Part shown: one piece after another, positions 9,230 to 18,587 of the stretch | Position numbering within the stretch: position 1 is the first letter of the stretch | Layout of the letters: each line of letters starts with the position of its first letter | Assembly (NCBI GenBank): GCA_043808095.1 | Contig: JAZDFF010000020.1 | Coordinates: 26,624-90,623, forward strand | Length of the DNA: 64,000 bases | Direction: 5' to 3' | Origin: Candidatus Omnitrophota bacterium | Lineage (GTDB): Bacteria; Omnitrophota; Gorgyraeia; JAZDFF01 | The notes under the pieces: model-generated | What the model saw: only the letters and a program-made list of their open reading frames with translations | Databases searched by the model: none | Told to the model about the DNA's origin: nothing | Position numbers and translations under genes: made by a program

Positions 9230-9619
9230 ATGACAGAAAAATTGGTTGCAATAGGGAGAAGAAAAGAGGCAGTGGCCCGGGTAGAGTTAGTCGCGGGCGC
9301 AGGCCGAATTAAAGTAAATAATTCTCCTCTTGATAAATATTTTAAGAGAGAAACCGACGTGATTTATATTAAACAACCTTTTGTGATTACGAATACTATG
9401 AATAAATTTGATATCCTTGCCAAGGTAAAAGGAGGAGGTATTTCTGGCCAGGCCGGGGCACTGCGCCTTGGTATTGCCAGGGCATTACTTTTATCTGATA
9501 ATGCCCTAAAGCAGACCCTGAGGAGGTCCGGGCTACTTACCCGGGATTCGCGCACGAAGGAGCGCAAGAAATACGGCCAGAAAGGCGCAAGGAAAAGATT
9601 CCAGTGGACTAAGCGGTAA
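9230..9619 (+). CDS. rpsI: 30S ribosomal protein S9
   Basis: [20 protein letters not shown] and [16 protein letters not shown] motifs. Confidence 0.98.
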   Translation: MTEKLVAIGRRKEAVARVELVAGAGRIKVNNSPLDKYFKRETDVIYIKQPFVITNTMNKFDILAKVKGGGISGQAGALRLGIARALLLSDNALKQTLRRSGLLTRDSRTKERKKYGQKGARKRFQWTKR

Positions 9620-9675
9620 GATTTATATGAATTGATTTTTTAGTTTTAAGTTTTAACTTTTGCTTTTTTAATCTG

Positions 9676-9716
9676 GCCTATCTCGGCGAAAATTGTATTG
9701 ACGAGATGGGTTTTTT
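9676..9716 (+). terminator. Probable intrinsic terminator after rpsI
   Basis: gcctatctcg...cgagatgggt stem followed by a T-run. Confidence 0.6.
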
Positions 9717-9726
9717 ATTTTATGAT
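9698..9726 (+). promoter_or_regulatory. Sigma70 promoter for the arg/lys operon
   Basis: TTGACG-17bp-TATGAT. Confidence 0.7.
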
Positions 9727-9727
9727 T

Positions 9728-9934
9728 AATGAGAATACCCGACGAATCATCGGAGTATATTCGAGCTACCCCTTGCTTAGACCCTTACCTAATAGAAATG
9801 GGTAAGGTCTATCCTTTAGGATTAAGCTTTAGGGTTTCCCGCTACAATAGTTTTAAGACAGTTAGCGGGATCCCGCTACTAAGTTTATAGCTTTGAAGTG
9901 GGAAAATCCACCCATGGTACCATCGAGACTAATT
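9728..9934. repeat. Degenerate ATGA scaffold element (copy C) with a nested TCCCG double hairpin (9837-9903)
   Basis: aatga-[gaatacccga..tcggagtatattc]-gagct..aagctt-..tcccgcta..tagcgggatcccgct..gtggga. Confidence 0.65.
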
Positions 9935-9947
9935 TAAGGAGAAGGCT

Positions 9948-10970
9948 ATGTTAAGAGTAGGCATTTTAGGTGCCACCGGCTATGCCGGAGAAGAATTGAT
10001 TAAGATTTTATTGAAGCATCCAAAAGTAAAAATTACCTATTTAGCGGCTAAAGTCGACGCCCCGCAGGAAATTGCTAAAATTTTTCCTCATTTTGCGGGA
10101 AAAATAAGGTTAATCTGTGATAGTTTAAACATCAATACCGCTATCCGGTTATGTGACCTTATATTTTTGGCCTTGCCGCATACCGTCTCTATGCAGGTTG
10201 CGCCAAAATTTCTGGCCGCCGGAAAGAAGGTAATCGATTTAAGCGCTGACTATCGGCTTAGAGATATATCCGTTTATAAGGCTTGGTATAACACTAGCCA
10301 CAAAGATAAAAAGAATCTATCTGCGGCTGTCTATGGATTACCTGAGTTCTACCGAGAAAAAATAAAAAAAGCTTGCCTTGTGGCTAATCCGGGTTGTTAT
10401 CCGACTGCGGCGATTTTAGCCATAGCGCCGGTAGTAGTTAGTGAGGCTGTGGATCTTAAATCTATAATTATTGACGCCAAGTCCGGCCTAACCGGTGCAG
10501 GCAGAAAGGCAAGTTTTGATTATTTCTTCTCGGAGATTAATGAGAATGTTTTGGCCTATAAGATAAATAGCCATCAGCATATGCCTGAGATAAATCAGGA
10601 ATTGACGAGATTAACACGTTCAAAGGTAAAAGTAAATTTCATTCCGCAGATTGTGCCTTTAAATAGAGGTATACTTGAGACGATTTATATTAAACTGAAT
10701 AATGATGCCACGGCTGCGTCTTTAATAAGTTTATACCGCAAGTTCTATAAAAACGAACCCTTTATAAGGATTAAGAATGAAGGGGAGCTACCTACGCTTA
10801 AAGACGTAGTCTCAACGAACTTCTGCGATATCGGCATAAAATTTGTCAAAGAAAATAAATTAATGATTATTGTCAGCTGTATCGATAATCTTACTAAAGG
10901 CGCGGCAGGCCAGGCTGTCCAGAATATGAATATTATGTTCGATTTTGGCGAAACAACTTCTTTGTTATGA
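9948..10970 (+). CDS. argC: N-acetyl-gamma-glutamyl-phosphate reductase
   Basis: GATGYAG, ANPGCYPT and DNLTKGAAGQAVQNMN motifs. Confidence 0.97.
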   Translation: MLRVGILGATGYAGEELIKILLKHPKVKITYLAAKVDAPQEIAKIFPHFAGKIRLICDSLNINTAIRLCDLIFLALPHTVSMQVAPKFLAAGKKVIDLSADYRLRDISVYKAWYNTSHKDKKNLSAAVYGLPEFYREKIKKACLVANPGCYPTAAILAIAPVVVSEAVDLKSIIIDAKSGLTGAGRKASFDYFFSEINENVLAYKINSHQHMPEINQELTRLTRSKVKVNFIPQIVPLNRGILETIYIKLNNDATAASLISLYRKFYKNEPFIRIKNEGELPTLKDVVSTNFCDIGIKFVKENKLMIIVSCIDNLTKGAAGQAVQNMNIMFDFGETTSLL

Positions 10971-12121
10971 AAAAAACAACTAGCGGGATAACTAAGCCTA
11001 AAGGTTTTTTAGCTAACGGCATATCTTGCGGGATAAAGAAATCCGGCAAGAAGGACCTTGCGCTGATTTATTCTACAACATTAGCCAAGGCAGCAGGTGT
11101 ATTTACTAAAAACCAGATAAAGGCAGCGCCGCTTTTAGTTACAATCAACCATCTTAAAGACCACTTGGCCCAGGCCGTAATTATTAATAGCGGAAATGCA
11201 AATTGTTTTACGAAAAAACCAGGCCTTAATGATGCCATTTTAACCGCTAAACTTACATCCAAGAGATTAAGAGTAAAGGCTGAGGATGTGCTTGTTGCCT
11301 CAACGGGTATTATCGGTAAAAGGCTGCCCATGGATAAGATAAAAAAGGGTATTTCTGTTTTGGCAGATGGCCTGAATCGGGACGGCAATAATAATGCCGG
11401 CTCAGCCATTATGACTACTGATAAAGCGAGAAAAAGCATTGCTGTTAGTTTCAAGCTGGGAAATAAATCTGTAAGTATAGGAGCCATAGCCAAAGGCGCA
11501 GGCATGATTTATCCGCATTTGGCAAATTATCCGAGCGCAACCATGCTTTGTTTTATTACTACCGATGCCAATATCAGTATTTTGACCCTAAACACTGCCT
11601 TGGTTAATGCGGTGGATAAATCGTTTAATTCGATTAGCGTTGACGGCTGTACCAGCACCAATGACACGGTTTTAATTTTGGCCAACGGCCAGGCAGAAAA
11701 TAAAATTATTAAGAAGGATACCAGAGACTTTAAGGTATTTAGCGAGGCTCTGAATTTTGTCTGCCTTGAGTTAGCAAAAAAGATAGTTAAAGACGCTGAA
11801 GGCGCAACCAAATTTATACAAATTGAGATAAACGGGGCTTCGACTGAAAGAGAGGCAAAAAGAGCCGCATTTTCAATAGCCAACTCCAATCTCTTTAAGA
11901 CTGCCTGTTACGGCAATAATCCCAATTGGGGAAGGATTGTGGCGGCATTAGGTTCAAGCGGCGTAAAGATAGTTGAGTCGAGTTTAAATTTCAGCTTTAG
12001 CCCGTTTAAGAAGAAAGAAATCAAGGTTTCAGTTAACTTAAATCGCGGTAAAAATCGCGCAACAGTCTATACCTCGGATTTAACTCCTGAGTACGTCAGG
12101 ATTAATGCCCAGTATAGTTAA
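10967..12121 (+). CDS. argJ: Ornithine acetyltransferase / N-acetylglutamate synthase
   Basis: INSGNANC, STGIIG, KGAGMI.P..ATML, DGCTSTND and NPNWGRI motifs. Confidence 0.96.
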   Translation: MKKTTSGITKPKGFLANGISCGIKKSGKKDLALIYSTTLAKAAGVFTKNQIKAAPLLVTINHLKDHLAQAVIINSGNANCFTKKPGLNDAILTAKLTSKRLRVKAEDVLVASTGIIGKRLPMDKIKKGISVLADGLNRDGNNNAGSAIMTTDKARKSIAVSFKLGNKSVSIGAIAKGAGMIYPHLANYPSATMLCFITTDANISILTLNTALVNAVDKSFNSISVDGCTSTNDTVLILANGQAENKIIKKDTRDFKVFSEALNFVCLELAKKIVKDAEGATKFIQIEINGASTEREAKRAAFSIANSNLFKTACYGNNPNWGRIVAALGSSGVKIVESSLNFSFSPFKKKEIKVSVNLNRGKNRATVYTSDLTPEYVRINAQYS

Positions 12122-12123
12122 AA

Positions 12124-12221
12124 ACGCGAATTTACGCGAATCAAACGCTAATATTCGCGAATAAAATATTAGCGTGAATTCGCGTTCCCTGCCGGCAGGC
12201 AGGGATTAGCGAAAATTAGCG
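12124..12221. repeat. CGCGAAT-family inverted 10-bp periodic element with nested CCTGCCGGCAGGCAGG (12188-12203)
   Basis: acgcgaatttacgcgaatcaaacgctaatattcgcgaat / attagcgtgaattcgcgtt..gattagcgaaaattagcg. Confidence 0.85.
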
Positions 12222-12223
12222 AC

Positions 12224-13081
12224 ATGGAAGAGATAATCAGAAAAGCAGATGTCTTAATCGAGGCCCTTCCTTATATCAAGGCCTTTCATAAAAAGATTCT
12301 GGTAATAAAATACGGTGGGAGCATCCTGGGTGAGGATAAGATCAGACTATCAGTCTTAGAGGATATTGTATTTTTAAGTTATATGGGCCTTGAGCCCGTA
12401 TTAGTCCATGGTGGCGGCCCAAGCATCACCGACAAATTAAAAGAGGTCGGCAAGAAAACAGAATTCGTGGATGGAATGCGCGTGACTGATAGCGAAACCC
12501 TAAATATCGTACGTTTGGAGTTAGATAAATTAAACGCGCAAATTGTTAAAGAAATCATTGAGCTTGGCTCCGAGGCAGAGGGCTTCGGCAAAGATGCTAA
12601 TATAATTCAGGTGAAAAAGAAAAAGATTAAGGCAAAAAAAGACTTGGGTTTTGTAGGAGAGATTATTGAAATTGATGCCAAACCTATAAAGGATGCAATT
12701 AAAAAAGGCAAGATCCCGGTGATTTCTCCCATGGGAATAGCCTCGGATAAAAAGGCCTATAATGTCAATGCTGATGAGGCGGCTTATTTTGTGGCAAAAG
12801 CGCTCAATGCAGAGAAAATTGTGTTATTGACCAATGTTAAGGGGATCATGCGCAACCCCGAGGATGTGAATTCTTTTATCCCAACCTTGACCATCCAGGA
12901 GGCAAAAAATTTAATCCAGGAGGCAATCGTCCAGGAAGGAATGATTCCAAAGATTAACGCCGCGATTTGGGCACTTGAAAGCGGAGTTAAAAAAGCCCAT
13001 GTTATTGATGCGCGGCTTTCTCACGCGTTATTACTCGAGATATTTACGGATAGAGGAATCGGAACGGAAATTATCAGATAA
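12224..13081 (+). CDS. argB: Acetylglutamate kinase
   Basis: VIKYGGS, VHGGGP, NVNAD and GMIPK motifs. Confidence 0.97.
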   Translation: MEEIIRKADVLIEALPYIKAFHKKILVIKYGGSILGEDKIRLSVLEDIVFLSYMGLEPVLVHGGGPSITDKLKEVGKKTEFVDGMRVTDSETLNIVRLELDKLNAQIVKEIIELGSEAEGFGKDANIIQVKKKKIKAKKDLGFVGEIIEIDAKPIKDAIKKGKIPVISPMGIASDKKAYNVNADEAAYFVAKALNAEKIVLLTNVKGIMRNPEDVNSFIPTLTIQEAKNLIQEAIVQEGMIPKINAAIWALESGVKKAHVIDARLSHALLLEIFTDRGIGTEIIR

Positions 13082-13100
13082 CTCTAAATCAAAAGATTCA

Positions 13101-13200
13101 AGGGTTAGGAAGGGATAGGATGGGTTAGAAGAGGTTAGTAGGGTTTTAAAAAATCTCCCTTACTTACCCGTACTGTCCCTTACTACACCTTACTATCCCT
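13101..13200. repeat. Inverted array of 10-bp units (AGGGTTAGGA x4-5 / TACTATCCCT x4-5)
   Basis: agggttagga agggatagga tgggttagaa gaggttagta | tacttacccg tactgtccct tactacacct tactatccct. Confidence 0.85.
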
Positions 13201-13223
13201 TAAACGAGGATTTTAAATCTGAA

Positions 13224-14405
13224 ATGAAGGCGCAAGAGGTTTTTGATACTTATAAAGAACATATTTTACCCACTTATACCAAATTTCCTTTAATCTTCGT
13301 TAAGGGAAAAGGCAGTTGTCTCTGGGATGTCCACGGGAGGAAGTACCTGGATTTTTTCCCGGGCTGGGGAGTAGGCAGTCTCGGTCACTGCCATCCCAAG
13401 GTAATGGCGGCAGTCAGAGACCAGGTCTCTAAACTGATTTTTGTTGCCAACAATTATTATAATTTGCCCCAGGCAAAATTAGCCAAGGAATTGAATTTCT
13501 GGGCAGGTAGTAATTACAAGGTATTTTTCTGTAATTCCGGGGCCGAGGCCAATGAAGGGGCCATAAAATTAAGCAGAAAATTCGGCCAGGGCCGTTACGA
13601 GATTATTACATTTTTAGATTCGTTTCACGGACGAACCTTGGCGACTTTAACCGCTACGGGCCAACCAAAATATCAGGAAGGTTTTTCGCCTTTGCCCGCG
13701 GGTTTTAAGACCGTAAAATTTAATGACCTTAATGCAGTTAAAAATGCCTTAAGTGATAAGACCGTGGCCATAATGTTAGAATTAATCCAGGGCGAAGGCG
13801 GAATCAATATTGCAGGTCGTGATTTTGTCTTGGGGTTGCGTAAAATTTGCGATGAGAATAATCTCCTTCTTATTGTAGATGAGGTTCAGACCGGAATCGC
13901 AAGAACCGGCAAGATGTTCGCTTGGCAGAATTTCGGGGTTACTGCGGATATTTTTACCCTGGCCAAGGCTCTAGGCGGAGGCCTGCCTATAGGCGCGATG
14001 ATGGCTAAAAAAGAGATTGCGGATTTACTCGGACCGGGAATGCATGCCTCAACTTTCGGAGGCGGCCCGGTTATCTGTAAGGCTGCCTTAGCAGTTTTAA
14101 AGGCCATACAGAAAGAAAAATTATTCACTAATACCGAGAAGATGGGCGAATATCTAGAAGCCAAACTCAATGAGCTAAAAGACAAATACCCCATAATTAA
14201 AGAGGTGCGGGGCATGGGCCTTATGTGGGGCGTAGAATTAAATAAAGAAGGAAAACCCATAGTCGAGGAGTGCATAAAGAAAGGCCTACTTATTAATTGT
14301 ATGCATGAAAAAGTATTACGTCTTATGCCGGCATTAAATATCACAAAAAAAGAGATAGATTTAGCAGTTAAAATCTTGGATAATGTATTGAGGGACGCGA
14401 ATTAA
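13224..14405 (+). CDS. argD: Acetylornithine aminotransferase
   Basis: NSGAEANE, FHGRT, DEVQTG and AKALGGG class-III PLP motifs. Confidence 0.95.
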   Translation: MKAQEVFDTYKEHILPTYTKFPLIFVKGKGSCLWDVHGRKYLDFFPGWGVGSLGHCHPKVMAAVRDQVSKLIFVANNYYNLPQAKLAKELNFWAGSNYKVFFCNSGAEANEGAIKLSRKFGQGRYEIITFLDSFHGRTLATLTATGQPKYQEGFSPLPAGFKTVKFNDLNAVKNALSDKTVAIMLELIQGEGGINIAGRDFVLGLRKICDENNLLLIVDEVQTGIARTGKMFAWQNFGVTADIFTLAKALGGGLPIGAMMAKKEIADLLGPGMHASTFGGGPVICKAALAVLKAIQKEKLFTNTEKMGEYLEAKLNELKDKYPIIKEVRGMGLMWGVELNKEGKPIVEECIKKGLLINCMHEKVLRLMPALNITKKEIDLAVKILDNVLRDAN

Positions 14406-14530
14406 CGCTAATCCCCGCCTGCCTGATAAAAGACAGGTAACACGAATTTTCACTAATTAAATATTTGTGGAAATTAGTGTGTGATTCGTGAAAATTTCCG
14501 CCGCAGGTGGATTAGCCTACGGCTAAAGCG
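14395..14530. repeat. CGCGAAT/CACTAAT-family element with a nested 30-nt double hairpin (14497-14526)
   Basis: acgcgaattaacgctaat..cacgaattttcactaat / attagtgtgtgattcgtgaaaatt[tccgccgcaggtgga ttagcctacggctaa]agcg. Confidence 0.8.
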
Positions 14531-14539
14531 TTTAAAAAA

Positions 14540-15463
14540 ATGAAAGACTTTATTTCAGTAAAAGACCTAAATAAAAACGAGATTGATGAGATTTTATCGC
14601 TTGCCGCAGAGATTAAGAAAAACCCGCTTAATTTTTCTACGGCCCTAAAAGGCAAGAGCCTGGCGCTTATTTTTGAAAAGTCCTCAAACAGAACCTATGT
14701 CTCTTTTCAGGTCGGCATGTTTGAATTGGGCGGCAATTCCATATATCTGGGGCCGGAGCATATTAAGTTAGGCCAACGCGAATCTGTGCATGATGTGGCC
14801 AAGACCTTAAGCCGTTATGCCGGGGCAATAGTTTTACGAACATTCTCCCATGACACCGTTTTAGAGATGGCAAGATTTGCCAGTATCCCGGTAATTAACG
14901 GATTGTCGGATTTATCGCATCCTTGTCAGGCCATGTCCGATATCTTTACCCTAAAGGAAAAATTCAACACGTTTAACGATAAAACCTTGGCTTATATCGG
15001 CGACGGAAATAATGTCTGTCACTCCCTGCTTTATGCCTGTGCCAAAGTCGGTCTTAACTTTAAAATAGCAACGCCTAAGAAATATGAACCGGCTCCTGAG
15101 ATTGTAAAGGCAGCCAAAAGAATAACAGAAGAATCCGGTGCAAAAATAAGTTTATTCAATAAGCCCCAAGAGGCAGCAGTTGATGCGGATGTTATCTATA
15201 CGGATGTCTGGGCATCAATGGGCCAGGAAAAAGAAGCAGCCACAAGAAAAAAATATTTTAAAGCCTTTCAAATAAATAAAAAATTGGTCTCTTTGGCTAA
15301 GAAGGACTGCCTAATTATGCATTGTCTGCCTGCGCATCGGGGCCAGGAGATTGCCTATGAGGTAATCGACAGTAAAAATTCCATTGTCTTTGACCAGGCA
15401 GAGAATAGATTACATGTACAGAAGGCGATATTAATTAAGCTATTAAAAGGAGGCGAAGGTTAA
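14540..15463 (+). CDS. argF: Ornithine carbamoyltransferase
   Basis: FEKSSNRT, HPCQ, TDVWASMG and HCLPAHRG motifs. Confidence 0.97.
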   Translation: MKDFISVKDLNKNEIDEILSLAAEIKKNPLNFSTALKGKSLALIFEKSSNRTYVSFQVGMFELGGNSIYLGPEHIKLGQRESVHDVAKTLSRYAGAIVLRTFSHDTVLEMARFASIPVINGLSDLSHPCQAMSDIFTLKEKFNTFNDKTLAYIGDGNNVCHSLLYACAKVGLNFKIATPKKYEPAPEIVKAAKRITEESGAKISLFNKPQEAAVDADVIYTDVWASMGQEKEAATRKKYFKAFQINKKLVSLAKKDCLIMHCLPAHRGQEIAYEVIDSKNSIVFDQAENRLHVQKAILIKLLKGGEG

Positions 15464-15592
15464 GTTCGAAGCACGAAGCACGAAATTCGAAACAAATTCT
15501 AATTTTTTAAATGCTCAAAACGTAACTTTTGGTCATTCAGATTTTGGTCATTTGAAAATTGTTTCGGATTTCGATATTCGGATTTCGGATTT
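15464..15592. repeat. Inverted array of 7-bp units (GCACGAA/ATTCGAA x4 ... TTCGGAT x4)
   Basis: gttcgaa gcacgaa gcacgaa attcgaa ... ttcggat ttcgata ttcggat ttcggat; related to the inner element at ~48700-48852. Confidence 0.85.
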
Positions 15593-15603
15593 ATAATTTA
15601 GAG

Positions 15604-16779
15604 ATGAAGAAAGTCATATTAGCTTATTCCGGCGGACTTGATACCTCCTGCGCCATCAGATGGCTGAAAGAGCAAGGTTATGAGGTAATCTGCTTTATCG
15701 CGGATTTAGGCCAGGCAGAGGATTTCGAGGCTATTGAGAAGCGGGGCCTGAAAGCCGGCGCATCCAAGGTTTATATCAAGGATCTGCAGGATGAATTTAT
15801 TAAAGATTTTATTCTTCCTGCCTTAAAGGCCAATGCCATTTACGAGGGAAAGTATTTATTGGCGACTGCATTAGGAAGACCTTTGATTGCGAAGTATCTG
15901 GTTGCGATCGCCCATAAAGAGCATGCCCAGGCCATATCCCACGGCTGCACCGGAAAAGGCAATGACCAGGTGAGATTTGAAGTGACTGCCGGGATATTAG
16001 ACCCCAAATTGGAGATTATTGCCCCGGTGAGAGTTTGGGAATTTAAATCGCGGGATGAAGAAATTGTTTACGCGCATATGTATAATATCCCCATCAATGT
16101 CACCAAGAAAAAACCTTACAGTATTGACAGAAATCTCTGGGGTATCAGCATTGAGGCGGGAGTATTGGAGGATTTAGAAAAAGAGCCGCCTGAGGATGCC
16201 TATTTGATTACTAAAGGCCCGACGCACATCTCGAGTTTTCCTAAATATATCGAGGTTTCTTTTCAAAAAGGCGCGCCTCGTAAAATAGACGGAAAATCAT
16301 ACAGTCTGAAAAATATCATCAATGAATTGAATGAACTCGGGGGTTTCCACGGCATAGGAAGAAGCGACCTCGTTGAAAATAGACTGGTAGGGATTAAATC
16401 GAGAGAAATCTATGAGGCCCCGGCTGCTACTATTCTTTATACTGCGCACAAAGAACTAGAGAGCTTGGTTTTAGACCGGGAGCTCGCGCATTTTAAAGAA
16501 ATTGTTTCATTAAAATATTCGGAACTCGTATATTATGGACTCTGGTATACGCCGCTAAAGGATGCCTTGGATGGTTTTGTCAACTCAACGCAAAAATACG
16601 TATCCGGTTCGGTAAAGTTGAAATTATTTAAGGGAAATTGCGTTGCGGTCTCCCGAAAGTCAATACATTCGCTTTATAAAAAAGAATTAAGCACCTACGG
16701 CAAAGAGGATAAATTCGACCAGAAACTTGCTGAAGGTTTTATCAAGATCTGGGGCATGCCTTATATAAAAACAAAGTAG
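15604..16779 (+). CDS. argG: Argininosuccinate synthase
   Basis: LAYSGGLDTS and HGCTGKGNDQVRFE motifs; start at ATG 15604. Confidence 0.97.
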   Translation: MKKVILAYSGGLDTSCAIRWLKEQGYEVICFIADLGQAEDFEAIEKRGLKAGASKVYIKDLQDEFIKDFILPALKANAIYEGKYLLATALGRPLIAKYLVAIAHKEHAQAISHGCTGKGNDQVRFEVTAGILDPKLEIIAPVRVWEFKSRDEEIVYAHMYNIPINVTKKKPYSIDRNLWGISIEAGVLEDLEKEPPEDAYLITKGPTHISSFPKYIEVSFQKGAPRKIDGKSYSLKNIINELNELGGFHGIGRSDLVENRLVGIKSREIYEAPAATILYTAHKELESLVLDRELAHFKEIVSLKYSELVYYGLWYTPLKDALDGFVNSTQKYVSGSVKLKLFKGNCVAVSRKSIHSLYKKELSTYGKEDKFDQKLAEGFIKIWGMPYIKTK

Positions 16780-16993
16780 AGAGGAGTGGTTCGACAAACT
16801 CACCATCCCTCTCCCTCGCTGTACTCGGGATCCTTCTAGGGATCCTGAACGAATGTGAAGGAGAACCATCCCGAGCGACCCATTCGACAAGCTCAGGGTC
16901 ATCCTGAGCAAGCTCGCCAAAGGCGAGCGCGTCGAAGGACGACGTCGAGGGACAAGAGACGAGTAGCGAGAAAAATTTCTCTATTCTCTACTA
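16775..16993. repeat. Nested cluster of TCG..CTC / GAG..CGA hairpins inside a 7-bp periodic element
   Basis: tggttcgacaaactcacca, tccctcgctgtactcggga, tcccgagc[..cattcgacaagctcaggg..tcctgagc..gtcgaagga..]gtcgaggga. Confidence 0.8.
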
Positions 16994-17011
16994 ATAAAGG
17001 ATGATAAGAAA

Positions 17012-18403
17012 ATGGCAAAAAAATTATGGGGGAGTAGATTTACGAAGGGGACATGCGCCTTAACGGATAAATTCACCTCGAGTATTTCTTTTGATAAGCG
17101 GCTGGCTAAATACGATATTATTGGCAGTATTGCTCATGCCAAAATGCTGGCAAAGCAGAAGATTATCGCTAAAAAAGATTCCGGCATGATCGTCAAAGGC
17201 CTTAATTCAATTTTAAAAAAAATAGATAGTGGCGGATTTAAGTTTGATATGCAATCAGAGGACGTCCATTCCAATATCCAGGATGTCCTTTACAAGAAAA
17301 TCGGCAAGCCCGCTTTAAAATTACATACTGCCCGCTCAAGAAATGACCAGATCGCCTTAGATATCAGGATGTACTTGATGGATGAGGTTCGCGCCTTATT
17401 CAGATTAACGGTTTCTTTACAGAAGTCCATACTTAAATTTGGCAAAAAGAACTCAAAGGTCATTATCCCGGGCTATACGCATCTGCAAATAGCCCAGTGC
17501 GTGCTGCTGGCGCATCATTTGTTGGCCTATATTGAAAGTCTGGAAAGGGATAAGGCAAGACTTATTGATGCAGAAAAAAGAATCAACCAGATGCCTTTAG
17601 GTAGCGGCGCGCTTTCCGGAACAGGTTTACCCATTGACCGGGAATTCGTAAGAAGAGAACTTGACTTTCAGGGCGTCACCGATAACAGTATTGATAGCGT
17701 CAGCGACCGGGATTTTATTATTGAGATATTGGCGGACTTATCGATTCTGTCGATACATTTATCGCGCATAGCCGAAGATTTAATCCTCTGGTCGACAAAA
17801 GAGTTTAATTTTATCGAAATAGATTTTTCTTATTGTACCGGCTCAAGCATTATGCCCCATAAAAAGAATCCGGATGTTCTAGAGTTAATCCGGGGTTATG
17901 TGGGAAGAATCCACGGCGACCTATCGAGCGTAATGATTCTCATGAAGGGCCTGCCGTTTTCCTATAATCGTGATTTGCAGTTAGACAAACCGCCGTTATT
18001 TAATTCTATTGATACGGTTAAGGATATTCTGGCGATTTTAGCGCGGATCTTTAATAACATCAAGATAAATAGCAAGGAACTTGCGTTAAAACTAATGGAT
18101 GAATCTTTGTTTTCCGTGGATATCGTGGAATATTTGATTAGAAAAGGCCTGTCGCATCGGGAGGCCCATGATATCGTAGGCAGGATGGTTAAGGATTGCC
18201 TAGATAAGGGAAGAAAAATCTCGGGTCTTTCGGGCCGCGAACTTAAAAAATATTCCCCGAAATTAGAAACAGATGTCAGAAGAATACTTAATGCCTGGGC
18301 CTCGGTGAGTCTTAAGACCTCTCATGGCGGGACAAGCCCGAAGCTTGTGGCAAGACAAATTAATATCTGGAGTAAGAGACTATCCGCCTCCGCATGCCAC
18401 TAA
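17012..18403 (+). CDS. argH: Argininosuccinate lyase
   Basis: LHTARSRNDQ, PGYTHLQ and TGSSIMPHKKNPD motifs. Confidence 0.97.
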   Translation: MAKKLWGSRFTKGTCALTDKFTSSISFDKRLAKYDIIGSIAHAKMLAKQKIIAKKDSGMIVKGLNSILKKIDSGGFKFDMQSEDVHSNIQDVLYKKIGKPALKLHTARSRNDQIALDIRMYLMDEVRALFRLTVSLQKSILKFGKKNSKVIIPGYTHLQIAQCVLLAHHLLAYIESLERDKARLIDAEKRINQMPLGSGALSGTGLPIDREFVRRELDFQGVTDNSIDSVSDRDFIIEILADLSILSIHLSRIAEDLILWSTKEFNFIEIDFSYCTGSSIMPHKKNPDVLELIRGYVGRIHGDLSSVMILMKGLPFSYNRDLQLDKPPLFNSIDTVKDILAILARIFNNIKINSKELALKLMDESLFSVDIVEYLIRKGLSHREAHDIVGRMVKDCLDKGRKISGLSGRELKKYSPKLETDVRRILNAWASVSLKTSHGGTSPKLVARQINIWSKRLSASACH

Positions 18404-18506
18404 ATAATGGCGGACTTCCCTGCCTGCCCCGAGAAATTCGGAGAATTTCCGGGACTAAGTCCTTGGAATTTTACAATGTAAAATTCCTAAGGACCGGCAG
18501 GCAGGG
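18383..18506. repeat. Nested palindromic elements (a CCTGCCTGCC..GGCAGGCAGG palindrome carrying a two-hairpin insert)
   Basis: ccctgcctgcc[ccgagaaattcggagaatttccggga ctaag tccttggaattttaca..tgtaaaattcctaagga]ccggcaggcaggg. Confidence 0.8.
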
Positions 18507-18587
18507 GTGGATTTCACTAAATTTTTGGTTTAGTCTTGATAGACCAGGACAGAATTAGGTATTGTTGGTTTTTATTAAGGTGTTCAA

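Noticed and set aside
18404-18587. Lysine riboswitch upstream of lysA
   Set aside because: The region is explained by nested palindromic elements, and no riboswitch consensus was recognised.
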